This document shows positions 1 to 12,100 of a stretch of DNA of 64,000 bases, one piece after another (position 1 is the stretch's first letter; every line of letters starts with the position of its first letter). Below the pieces are notes generated by a model. It was not told the origin of the DNA, made no database searches, and was given only the letters and a program-made list of their open reading frames with translations. The position numbers and the translations under genes were made by a program. Source of the stretch: Zygnema circumcarinatum SAG 698-1b (Eukaryota; Plantae; Zygnematophyceae). The stretch lies in assembly GCA_037447605.1 (NCBI GenBank), contig CM074805.1:620001-684000 (forward strand), read 5' to 3'.

Positions 1-273
1 GGACCCCCAATTCTGGTGAGACTGATGTTGAATCTACTTGTTCTGTTTGCATATTTGTCAGTGTTACGGTTTAGTAACGAGTTAATGCAAGGGCCCTGAG
101 GGGGGAAGGGTGCCTGGAAGTTTCTCTTTGTTCCTTTCGTTCTTTTTGTTCCTTTGTTCCTCAGCGTAGCATTGAGAACCAAGGAGTTGGCTCTCACCTC
201 TCTCAAATTGGTTTCGTACAAGCTTAACTTTTCCTTTCGTCGTTTTGCTTTCCGTCACTTTATTTCGCTTCAG

Positions 274-873
274 GTTGATGCGATCCATCCCACCTTCGAG
301 TCTCGGAGCACATCTTCAGAGGAATTTCATGGGTTTCACGGGCCAACCCTCAGTGAGCAAGGGGTCTCACCAGCCCCTTTGCCAAGTCCACCTTCAGAGA
401 CCATAGCGCTGCGTGGAAGCAGCTCATTGGATTCCGTAGACGACGAGCTCAGCAAAATTGCAAGCGAGTTGAGGTGGCGCATGTGTACTATGTATGCACT
501 AAGGAATCGGGGTTCAATGTCCCAAGAAAGCATCAGCGGCTCTGCAGAAGGTGACAGTCACAGAGGGTCGCCTGGTTCAAGTAATACGATTGGAAGCGGT
601 GGAAAGGCCTCCATGGGGGGCATGGCAAGGGGGGCCTCAGTGAAAGGGAGGGAGGGAGGGGGGGCTCCCACTGAGGGAGGTAGAGGAACAGAGTGGGGTA
701 AAGGAAAGCCTCCTCGACCTCCTCCTACGGACGCCCAGAGGAGATGGTTGAAGGCGGGCATTTGGGCTATTGGGAAGGAGCTGGAGAGGAGGAAATCCTT
801 CACAGAACAGACGTCAGGTGGTGAGACTTCAGAGAAGCTAGGCAAGCGCGGGTCCTCCAAGTCTCACGGATAG
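274..873 (+). CDS. Terminal exon of an unidentified gene that begins upstream of the window (Ser/Gly/Pro-rich C-terminus)
   Basis: Donor GTGAG at 16. Pyrimidine tract plus CAG acceptor at 271-273. Open frame VDAIHPTF...GSSKSHG to TAG at 871-873. No recognisable domain. Confidence 0.5.
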   Translation, partial: VDAIHPTFESRSTSSEEFHGFHGPTLSEQGVSPAPLPSPPSETIALRGSSSLDSVDDELSKIASELRWRMCTMYALRNRGSMSQESISGSAEGDSHRGSPGSSNTIGSGGKASMGGMARGASVKGREGGGAPTEGGRGTEWGKGKPPRPPPTDAQRRWLKAGIWAIGKELERRKSFTEQTSGGETSEKLGKRGSSKSHG

Positions 874-2530
874 GAAAAGTTGGGATTGTGATGTACACCA
901 GCAAAAGGAAAGGGGAAGAGAAGAGGTTTCAGTCATCTGTGGAGGCGCAAGCAATGGACGCCTCCGAGCAGTGTGCATAATTTTTTCTTTTGGTATCAAG
1001 GGAAACCATTTTTTTCAGAATTAAAAAAATGGAGGTGCGGATGGGCCCCATTAATTATTCCATTAGATCGTGTAAGCTATATAGTAAACTGAGTCTTAAT
1101 TGTCTCGCTTTCTGCCGAGTTGTACCATTTGGAACAGAAGAAGACGTGGCAGAAGAAGTACACTTCACAAGGTATCTCCTGCTTATGATGAAGCGCGGAG
1201 CTTTGCTTCCTGATGAGTTTGTTGTATACGAGGAATTACTTGTTGCTTGCTTGTTGCTTAGAGCACACGGTATAGTAGGCCCTTAGACATAGTGGTGGCA
1301 AATTTGTGACTAAGGGCCATCCTCCATTGCGGGCGAGTCCGGTTGAGTTCAACTGTTTCTCGAATCGACTCTTTTTGAGCATTTTCTCAGCCTATAAAGA
1401 GTTCTTCAATGAGAAGTCCCGAAGTGTATATTCTCTCTCTCGCTGCCGTCGGCCCACAATGAACCTGTGAATGCCACACGTTCAATGTATCGGATGACGT
1501 GACAGTCCACGTGCCATTTTGCAGTCCAAATTGTTCGGGTGTAATCGAAAAAAGGATGCCACATGCGCAAGGTTTTGCCTAATACCTGCGCTTTGGGGAT
1601 GGCGACAACTCTGGCTTCGCTGCCCATTTCCTGGCTCCTCCCTACCTTTCCCCTGATTCTCCCCTTACCTCTCTCTCTCTCTCTCTCCGCACCCCTCTCG
1701 CTCGCTCTATCTCCGCTCCCTCTCTCCACTCCCCCTCTCCCCCCTGCCTACCTCATCGCTCACTCTCTCGCGCATCTCTGCCTCAGCGGCGCTGATCTGT
1801 GGGTCGAAGGCTGCTGCTTTCATACCCTTCTGTAGCTCTCTCCGTTTCGTCCTTGTAGTCTATTCGTCAGTTGGACGTTAGTCTTGGTAGAGTCAAGCAC
1901 GTATTCCAACGAATATTTTTCTGGACTTCTGCCAAGATCCACTTATTAACAGAAGGGCCAGCACCGTCATTTCATGGTCATAGACAATTCATCCTTAGGC
2001 ATTGGGGCAGAAACAAGTCTGACCACATAACAAAGTTCCAACGGCATCTCTCTGCTCGGGGTTTCTTATTGTTAGCTAAACAAAATACCATAGGCGTGAA
2101 CCCAGTGAACAATGATGCACTCTATCCCTATACCCGCTCCCCGTCTCCCTCTGTCCCTGTTTAGCCATGGGAAGTTGGACAGCTTAGAAACAATCTCACT
2201 GAAACTTTTAAGACCTGCATTAGGGGCCTTGTACTTAGCTACGGCTCTCTTTCCTACCTTAGTAACAAGTTGGTGCTTACACGAAGCACGAAGCTCCAAA
2301 CTTCAACATCCCTGTCCCCCTTGCATCCTCTCTCAATTCTCTCCTCCCGCCTCTCCCCTCTACATACAAAGTGACAATGAATGACTAAGACCACATGTCA
2401 ACAAGGAAGAGGCAGCTGAAAGGGCTCCCCATCTCCGCCTTCAACTGGCCAACTTTCAAGGCCACCATGCCCTACATTTCATACAAGTTGAAAAGGAAGG
2501 CCATTTCTAAATGGAGACGATAGCCGCCCG

Positions 2531-5500
2531 TTAATCGGAGTCGAATATGTAGCTATCCGAGGCGAGTGGGAAGGAAGGCAACTTTGTCTTCCTGAAATCT
2601 GACGGTTTCTCTCCATGGAGATAGTCCCAGCGGGCCAATTGGCCGTCCCATGAGACAGAGGCCAACATGGGGAGAGTGGGATGCCAGCTGCAGTCTCTGA
2701 CTGGATTGCAGTGATGGCTCAGCTTAGCCACCTCAGCACCACTTACCTGCACTTCCAAATGACCCATTTTAGCACACACACATTACTCGAGAATCCTATC
2801 CTATCCTATCCTATCTGTCCTTGCGACAATTTCCCGTACGCTTTCGCACTAAATCCACGTCAGTTGCATGGCAGACTGCTTTGTAAAAGGAACTTTGCAC
2901 TGAACAGTCTTTTCGGCAATAGTCTGTACAAACATAGCCGGCGGTTCAACTAATCGAAAATTAACCACATACTCTGCATTTCTTTAGAATGACGCTTGCT
3001 AAAGTAAAGCAAGACAGGTGACAGGTGAGAACCTTGCACGAATAGATATAACACATGAGCAAGATCAGCAGAGCAGGGCCAACCTACCAAGTCATATATG
3101 TACACCTTCCCGTCGCTAGACCCTGTATAGATGTAACGCTGCCCCGTACTGCCACGATCCCAGAAAGAAAACCAAAAACCTTTTCAGTCAGAAATGCTCT
3201 GCATCTATGTTCAGCAGTTAATGCAAAGATTCATGAAGATGCTTGAATTCAGGATGGAAACGAACTCATCGTGCACGTTTGACATGTGATTCTGGGAGTC
3301 TGCATGCCTTTGAATGTAAACGATGAGTTTATCATTATAACAGCAGGGCGAAATGCGGTGAACTGAAACACATGAGCGAGACGATCAACAAGCAGAAAAT
3401 GGCGGCTGACGAGTAAAACTAAATCTGATTCAATTTTCAACCAGCAGATGGCTCCCTCTTCCATAAGTTGTTATTCACAACATTCAAGCAAGCCGGTTTT
3501 TCTATCTCTTCACAGGTTGGCACAGGGACCAACCTGTGCATGGGCGAGAAGTAGGCCCGGATGAGGGTCTGCAAAACGCTGTGGTTCCTATACGTCATCA
3601 AAGATTGATCATGAGGATGCTTGAAGTTATTTGCCCTGCCCGGGTAGTCCATCCATCGATAATCCCAATTGTATCTCGGCAAGCGAGCGTGAGGCAGTCT
3701 GCTTCCTCCACATTTTCAGTCACAAGGAATTGCAGTGAGAAAACTGAACATCCTGAATGTTGCCATTACTGAACTTGTGAAAGAGCCGACAGACAGGATG
3801 GCACCAAAAACGGGAAAGGGAATAAGGGACAACACCTTTTGAAGGCCCTCTCATCAATCATTTTCCGCATATCCCAGAGCTTTATCGTCTGGTCTTTGGA
3901 ATTGCTTATGAGATGATGACCATCTCCTTTGCTGCTTATATGTGTCACTCCCTCCACATGGCCTACAAGAACACCCACTGGGTCACTCTTGCGTCCCAAA
4001 ACTCGACGATCCCACACCTGCGTGATTGCAAAATATTTCCATTATCTCAATGCCACCTTTCCGACAGCAAAAAGTTATTCACATGATTTCAATACCCTTA
4101 ACGAACAACTTCAGCAGCCACATACGTCTGTCCTACGATATTCAACAGACAATTGAATGACGAGTGCCACTTAGACAAACTGCTCCAGACGGATGAACAT
4201 AGCCAAAGGAACACGCCTTCACAGTTGTTAACACCCGCCAAGTTTGCACTCATTCAGCTCAAAATCTCTTACTCCCCAATCATCTTCATTTGATGGCTTT
4301 TCAATAAAAGAAAATGGTTAAGTTAGCTTTGTTGTAAAAATCATTGTAACTTCCTGAACCTTGCTAGAGTTGCGGTGGTCAATGGTCCAACCTTGCAAAG
4401 TCGATCGTCGCTTCCTGAGAATAGAAGTTGGGAAGTGTCGTCTGCGAACGCTACAGCATTCACATCATCATCGTGTGCACGCACTTTCAGAGTGCGCTTG
4501 TTCGCTTCCACGTCGTACACATAAAGGGACTCGTCATTCGACCCAGCCACAATCTCCCGCCCATCACTTGAAAATTGCAACGACCAGAGGCCAAAGGCAC
4601 GGTCTCGGACCCGGTCGCGTCCCCCCTCAGAAAAATCAAGACCCTCATGGATGTCCTGCATCAGCAAATAATCTCGTGGACTGAATAAGTCAACTCGATA
4701 AAAACTACAGCTTTTACCTTCACCGTAGTCGCATTAGATAGCCTGCGATTTCCTCAGGGCTTACTGGGTCAACTCACTCGCACTTTATGGTTGAGCAGAA
4801 TGCAATTCATCCATTTTCTCCAGCATTTCTTTTGAAACGAAACAGCTAAATTGAAACGACCTTAGGCGGGTAAAACTCAACAACCAATAGAAGCCATCAG
4901 CAGTAACGCTGATCTTACAAGTTACTCAGTCAGTGGAGGGGATGGTACAGGAGCTCACAGTGATGTTCGCAAGTGATTCCACTCCCCCGCTATTACTGCC
5001 CACATTAACAAGGTGAACCACTGGAGTGATCGAGGCATATACCTGGCACAAGGCAAAACATCCATCGCCCAAAATATAATCTTCAGCCAGACCCCACATT
5101 TTCAAAGTAAGATAAGAGCTGACCATCTCATTTTTTAGATAGCGATTCCTACTGACAAATTTCTCTCCAGCAGAGACACACAGACTGACGACCCTAGCCA
5201 TCATGCTATTCCGTGGTAGACTAGTCTCTGTAGAATTATAGGATAAGCGTAGAGCGAACATCAGTCGGAAGAACAAAACAATCCTTACAAGGAACCGCTG
5301 GTCAGGGGAGAGTGCAGTGTCAGTGATCGTCCATCGCAAGTTGCGAGCAATGATGTCCTTCCGCAAGGTCCACCCGTCCTCCACATTGTACAAACGTATT
5401 CTGCGATCCTGTTGGGACATCATCATATCAGCAAACAAGCAACTCGGTTAAATTGTTCATTGAAGAGAATTCTATGGACGCAAAAGAACCGAATCGAATT

Positions 5501-7515
5501 CGAATACCCTCAAAAGGAGCTTCTGAATTCAGCTATGGGAAGTGCGAGCAGCACACAGGACAGGCATAGCACTTGCTTGTTGCAAGAATTATTGGTGACC
5601 ATATCCTCCATACCCTCAATGTGGCACAACAACTACTTATGTCTTTCCATCCACTAGTTGGACGTTCTATATTCCCTTTGTCATCTCTTTCAGTTGTCTT
5701 GTCTGCATGAAAATAACTGCAGCTCTTTCACTTTCTTTCTGACCTACCAAGCAAAAAGTATATGTTTTATTGCTTTCTTCTGTAAAGTAGCTTTCATGTA
5801 ACGAACAATGCAGCGGTCGGCAGTGTAGATGAACTCAGCACCAAACTCGCAGCAACTGGGCCGCTTTCTATAACACAAGGGCCAATACGAACGATATGGA
5901 TTCATGAATTCAATAATCAATGGTAATTCTTATCGCATATGTGGACTCTCCAACTGTCTGTCAGTGATAGAACAGACTGACAAACACTAGTAACTCTTGC
6001 ATCAAAAGATTAAAGAATCACCTGGTAAGCCCCGATGAACATCCTACCGTCCTCGGAGAACTGACCAATATAAGCTCGCGAATTCATGTTATCAATTATA
6101 GTTGGCCCATCCCTGGGGATGAAGCGCTGAGAGAGATGACATGCTTCCGCACGCGAAAAGCGGCCATTCCCCTGCAGAAAGGAATCTCCAGCAATAATTT
6201 TAGCATGACAGTTCTTCAAGTCCAGACATACAAGAATAATCGACCTGTCCCAACCAATTGCAAACCAATTTGGGCAAACAATCGGAGGAGGCATGACTGG
6301 ACACATCTGTTGTAGTCTGCAACGATTAGTTCGTCTCACACATCAATCGCGCAAATAATACAAAACACTTGACCCTATCAAGGAGAAGAGAAAGCTCCCA
6401 AATTTGGGGCACCACTCAAAAGGACATAATCCGCATGCAGTACAAGACTGCGGTACCATACCTTCTACCTTTCAAACTCATTGTTCATTAGGGAAGACAC
6501 CGGAGTATACCTTCCTTCCTACTAATTTGGTGAGAAAAATGAAATCAATCCAGTATTGGTTCAACGAAGCGGGGTGACAACAACAACAACAAACACAGCT
6601 GCCAATGCTGGAAGGACTCCACCTGCCAAACTCTAACTTTGCAGACACAACTGTGTTCTTCGTTCTGTTGATACCCTGACTAGAGAGCTTCTCAATGCAC
6701 TTTGCCAACGAAAAAAAAACTCCCGTCCAGTCCTTAAGCATCTATCCATTTTCTTCAATTTTTTTCAGAACCATTGTATGTCACATGCAACGTATCTACA
6801 CTCACAAACCAGACCAAGCAGACCAAATAGTCAACCAAAGCTTACCTTGCGACGCAAAGGCATGATATAAAAATAGTCAGCAAAGGCATCACTACCTGTA
6901 CACCGTAAACAATTTCACTCATCGTTAAAAGCCTATAAAGGAAGAATAGCAAAGCTATTAGCGTACCGAAATGTTGGTTTCGCGGCCTTGCAACATGAAG
7001 TGAGTATTTACAATGCTGGAACTGCTGTATCCAACTCGTCCAAGTTTCCTACTTCCCCAACTAGCTGCAGTGTACAAGCGGGTTAATTCTCCCAGAGGAT
7101 GATCCATAAGCGCTGCGACAGGCGCCTCCACACCTTTAGTTTCCAGTGACGCACTATTCTCACAGCAGGTCCCCTCCTCCGACAACCCCCTCAATACTTC
7201 ATCCGCTCCATCGCCATCTTCCGTCTCCTCGGAAGACATGTATTCCCCATCCTCATCGTCCTCCCCTTCGCCTACCACTTCAATCAAAAACTCATCGGTG
7301 GAAAAAATCTCCCTTCTACCCCTGCGAGGGGCGTCAGTATCCTGCGCCGATGACTCCGCCAAAGCTGAACGAGGGTCCCTTGCTCTTCTAGTGCGAGAAC
7401 CGCGTCCACTGAGACCTACATTAAGGAGTACTTGGCTCAATATCCACCGCCTTTCCCCCTCGCTGCTAGAGTCTGAACGCTCGCCGACTTCACTGCTCGT
7501 CTGGCTTTCAGCCAT
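2531..7515 (-). CDS. DCAF11: DDB1- and CUL4-associated factor 11 / WDR23 / LEC14B-like WD40 protein, multi-exon
   Basis: Exon peptides SRAYIGQFSEDG, WTITDTALSPDQRFL, FGLWSLQFSSDGREIVAGSNDESLYVYD, AHDDDVNAVAFAD, WDRR (DWD motif), GHVEGVTHISSKGDG, WDYRWMDYP, STGQRYIYTGSSDG and VRDCSWHP. Acidic first exon 6958-7515. Confidence 0.93.
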
Positions 7516-9111
7516 CTTTCTCGCGGCAGAAGGTTATGTGATTAGGAAAAGTTATTGGCGTCACATTCACCTTTTCTTACAACAACGAATACCTGCAGAT
7601 TCGTCTGATTGCAACCTTGAGAAAATCAAGCAGAGCACCAACTGCATGTCACGGTAAACTATGTATCACGGCAAAGTTGGAGCCCAAAATAAACGATTGT
7701 GGCATCATCCAATCAGCCAAAAACTGCACGCGATATCCGCCGACTCGTCTCTTCCTCCTCGTCAAACGAAGTCCTGAATGGTGAGGAGAGCATGCATCCC
7801 ATCCCATCCCATCCCATCAATAGAGAGCATTGAGAGTTGGCATATGATCAACAGACATGCAACCAACGAACTAGAAGAAACATTCAGCGTGAAATTACTA
7901 ATGTGGCTCCGCGCATGCTCATCGACACACCATCGCTTTCTTCCTACGTGTAGACTTCATTTCACACATTCTCAAACCTCCAGAAACACATCAAGTTTTT
8001 ATGCTTGCCACCACTGAAGGCCTTCTGGACTCGCTCCATTTGCAGCCAGAACGCGGAATGACTTCATCTGCCTGTCCACAAACAGAATGCATCCTATTCA
8101 TCACTTCAAACAATACATTTCAACGCAGTCCAAAAGCATACATACCTTTGGCAAGCAGCCTAAACTCCTATTCTCCCGGCGGTTCAGTCTTCCATACCCT
8201 CCCCATGCCCGTGACCATTCCCGACCATCAAAAACTCTCCGGCATGCGCCGCTATATTCAAGAGAGAACGAGAGAGAAAAAGGCCTTTTTCCCCCAGGCC
8301 TCTCTCCGCAGTCCACGACGTCTCCAGCAAGCAAGGCCGAAACGTGGATGGCCCTGGCCGAGCCGCGTGGCCTTCCCCTCAAGATTGCGATCCAGTTTAG
8401 AGTTAGCTACCTAGGGTTCAACTTTCTCTGTTCAGTATTGTAAGCCGGTAGACGACATATCACAGAGAACGTTGATCCGAAATCAACGTGCTGGTTTTGT
8501 GTCGGCAACTAGAACTTGTTCCAGGGCTCTCTTGTGGAAGTTTGCATTTTCCGAGTGAAGATTAAAATTTTAATTTTTCCTGCAAAGAATGATCCAAAAG
8601 CAGCACTCCAGCTGGACAAAAAGCTTGCGTGGCATACTTGTATTGGCCCAATTTTATAAGGTTAAATTCTCAAGTGGAAGCCCACCCATAGTCCTACAGG
8701 CAACAAACCTTTAGTCCGTGAAGGTGGATCTCAGAGTGGATCCCACATGCGTCAAATCCCATCAGAGGTTGACCTGTCCTCACGGTGGACCCCGATTCTG
8801 GCGAATCTCCTGGAAGGATGGTATCTGAGCTGCAGCAAATGGTGGGCAGATTTCAAGCACTTGGAGGCGTGCGATAGGAGAGAGGGGAGAGCCGGAGAGG
8901 ACGAGAAGCATCGAGAGGGTATTTGAAGAATTGCATCAAGGTCGCGAATGCACTATTGTTTATCGCTGAAAGAATTGATTGAATGAAACTGCGCTGCTTT
9001 TTTAGGTTTTTCTAAAACTCTGGAGCGAGCGAGCCTTTTGCAGCAATGAAGGATTCATAGCTCTCATGTTTTGGACGGTAAAACGAAGCAGCGGCGAAGC
9101 AAACGAGGGTG
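7516..9111. promoter_or_regulatory. Divergent (head-to-head) promoter/5'UTR region between DCAF11 and HCF107
   Basis: Start codons face away from each other about 1.6 kb apart. Site-II-like GGCCCA/AGCCCA motifs near 8645-8685 and a telo-box-like CTAGGGTT at 8411. Confidence 0.5.
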
Positions 9112-12100
9112 ATGTCAGCAAACAGCGTTTTCAGCCCTGCTGTTTCTGAACAATTCAAGCGCTCACTGCGCCTCAACAACGGCAACAAGAAGTTGTACGC
9201 AGCTTGTCACCCCGAGCTTCCCCTCCAACCTCATATTTATGGGAGCTTTCGTGTCTCGGATGGATTTGAAAGCCCTCCGCTGAAGGTCCTTGCTGGCACG
9301 GTGAAGGTATGGGGTAGCTCCGTGCCGCCGTCTGCGGTTAAGCAGAGAATTGTTCTTGCAGCAACCCAAGCACGCGGCGCTTTAGGATGGAGGAGAAGCG
9401 GTGTTCTTGGGAGAGATGGAGTGCACGTTCCCAGGCTAACTTGGCTAGCCTTACAGAGAGTTTGCAGTCACCAATTGAAGCCAATGGCTCTGAGCGGCAG
9501 GGGGGGGGGAGCAACAGTTGCGAAATTAGGGCAGTCTGAGCCCTCTCTGAAACCTGCAGCATTGGATGATGAAGAAGAACGGCTGAATCAGCGCATTCGA
9601 GAGTTGATGGGGAGTCTAGAAGTGTCTGCAGGTTTTAATGATTCGGATACAGAGGAAGAGGAAGGTGGGGTGGATGCTTTTGGGAAAAATAGCCGCCGGA
9701 GAAGATGGCAGGAGGTCGAGGAGTGGGATGAGGGCTGGGGCTTGAGTGAGGTACAGAGAGAGAGGAGCAAGGGCAGGAGAAAGGGAAGCTCAGATCGTCT
9801 AAATTTATCAGGCATTGAAACAAAAAAGCCGGAGCCGTTCGGTGAAGTAAGCTCGTGGCGCCGAAGTGGCACTGTAACGGAGCAGCCGTGGCAGGATGTC
9901 TCAATTGGTATGGAACTCATATGGAGAAAGCAGCCACTGGTTGGAGTGAAGCGGGGGAAGGCAGAGCCGCTTGAGGATGGAGGCTCCGCGCTTTATGAAA
10001 CAGGGCAAGTAGGAAGGCAGAATGACAGCAGAAGTGAGTTAGGGAAAGGAAATGTGGTAGGAAATAATTTAGAACAAGCTGGCACGGAAGTAGATGCTGT
10101 GCCTTGTGAAGAAACTGACAGCAGGCTTGATAGCAGTTTGGGCTCGGAGCCTACAGAAACAGCACAAAGCTCTTCAATAGAGAGTAGCGTGGATATATTT
10201 CAAGCAAGTCCAGAAGCCGATTTGAATCGTGGTCGAGGCAGAGAGGAGGAGATTGGGAAAATGGGGACTCGTTTGCTCAAAGTGCAGGAGAATGGGGAGA
10301 GTGCCAAGCCACCAGACGAGAAAGGTGTTAGTAGTCTTAAGTTAGATGCTTTGACAGATGGAAACAACGGGAACATGAAGGCTTTCAATGTTCAGCGTAG
10401 ACTGGAAGCCAGAAGAGGGACCCTGGGTCGAAGTCTCGATCCAAGCATAACCAATGGGGATGTGGAGCAGGAGAAGAGAATTGGCAATGCGAGGTTGGGA
10501 CAGGCAGAGCTCAATGGGAATATGCAGTCACCAACTGGGGTAGAGCTCGCCGCAGTAGTAGCAGGGCCATCCTCTTCAGCGAGGCCAGCTGGAGCAATGA
10601 GTGCTGGAGTGCCACTTTTGTCGAATCTGAACCAGCCATACCAGCAGCTGGCAATAAACTTTGATCTTGCATTGTATAGGGCACGCAAGCTTTTGAGGAA
10701 AGGGCGGTTCAAACAGGCAGAAGAGATGCTGAGAGAAGTATGTTATGTATATCTTTTTCGGTTTTCCTTCCCCTGGTTGTTTGTACGCTCCCATTTCACA
10801 TTTTTGTGTCCATCATGGTGTGGTTATTGTTCTGTCAAGACCCTAAAAGGCATAGCAAGCTGCAAAAGCTGTTTGGTAGCCGTCAGTTTTTTCTTTGTAG
10901 AAGTGGACAGTTTCACGGACTGCACATTTTGCACACCATAGTATGCCAGTCATAAGTCAAAGCTGCTCCGCCTTTTGTTCTCAGCTGCGCACGCCCTAGT
11001 GCTATTGGATGGACTAAATTTCACTGGGTCTTTTCCGTCATCAACACTTGTAGTTTTGTCTGGAGGATATCCAATAAAGGACAGCTCAGGTCTGTAGAAA
11101 TGACTCGAGCCAGCTCTTTGTCGGGCATGCAGTGCATTCGTTTGTGGCCTGCGGATGGGCGTGGCTATGTTGCACTGGGAAAGGTCATGCAAAGCCAAGG
11201 GCATATGAAGGGAGCGCGCCGCGCGTATGAGGAAGGATGCCAAGCAGTGGGAGGCGATAACGCGTTCTTGTGGCAGGTATGGCGCTAATTCGTTGCGGGC
11301 GACTATTGTACTTTTTTGTCGATGGGTCTTAGGAATACATCCCCATTCAGTTGATGAAACATCTCCTGTCTTTTGGGTCCAGCTTTGAACTTGATTATGT
11401 TGTTTTGCTTGGATTACAGGAATGCATGTGGCAGACACTGTTTGAAAATGAAGTTAAAAAGCAAACCAAAACAGCGCAAGGCCGCTTGCAACATCACAGT
11501 ATCAGTCAGTGATATTGGGTGAAAGTGGGGCTTTCTCTAGGCGTGGGCAGTTTTGGAGGAGAGACTTGGCAATATTGCACGTGCAAGGAAACTTTTCGAT
11601 GCAGCGACTGCAGCAGACAAGCGCCATGTAGCAGGGTGGCATGGATGGGCGATGTTGGAGCTTCGAGAAGGCAATGAAGCAAAGGCTCGGAAACTGCTGA
11701 AGAAGGGTTTAAGGCTTTGTGGGGCGAGCGAGTATTTTTATCAGGTAAGCTAAAGGTACAATACACTTTCGTAGTCGATGCTGAGAAACTCTTTCACAAG
11801 GCGGAGCTTATGTTGCAACTACCAAAGTAGTGCAAGCTGGAAGTCTGAGAATTTGAAAAGCTGAAAATACACAACTGTTGTATGATTTGGAGAAAAGTTG
11901 TGAAATAGAAGGCAGCGGAGCTTGACAGGTCCGTCGTTTTGTTCTTACTGGTCCCCAGCAAAGGGTTTGTTTGCGACCTGGTTTGCTGGTCATTACTCCT
12001 CATCTTACTTGTATTGGGTTGTGGCAGACACTGGGGATATTGGAGGCTAAGGCAGGGCGTGTAGACGAGGCTCGCGCACTTTTCCGAAAAGCCACTGCTG

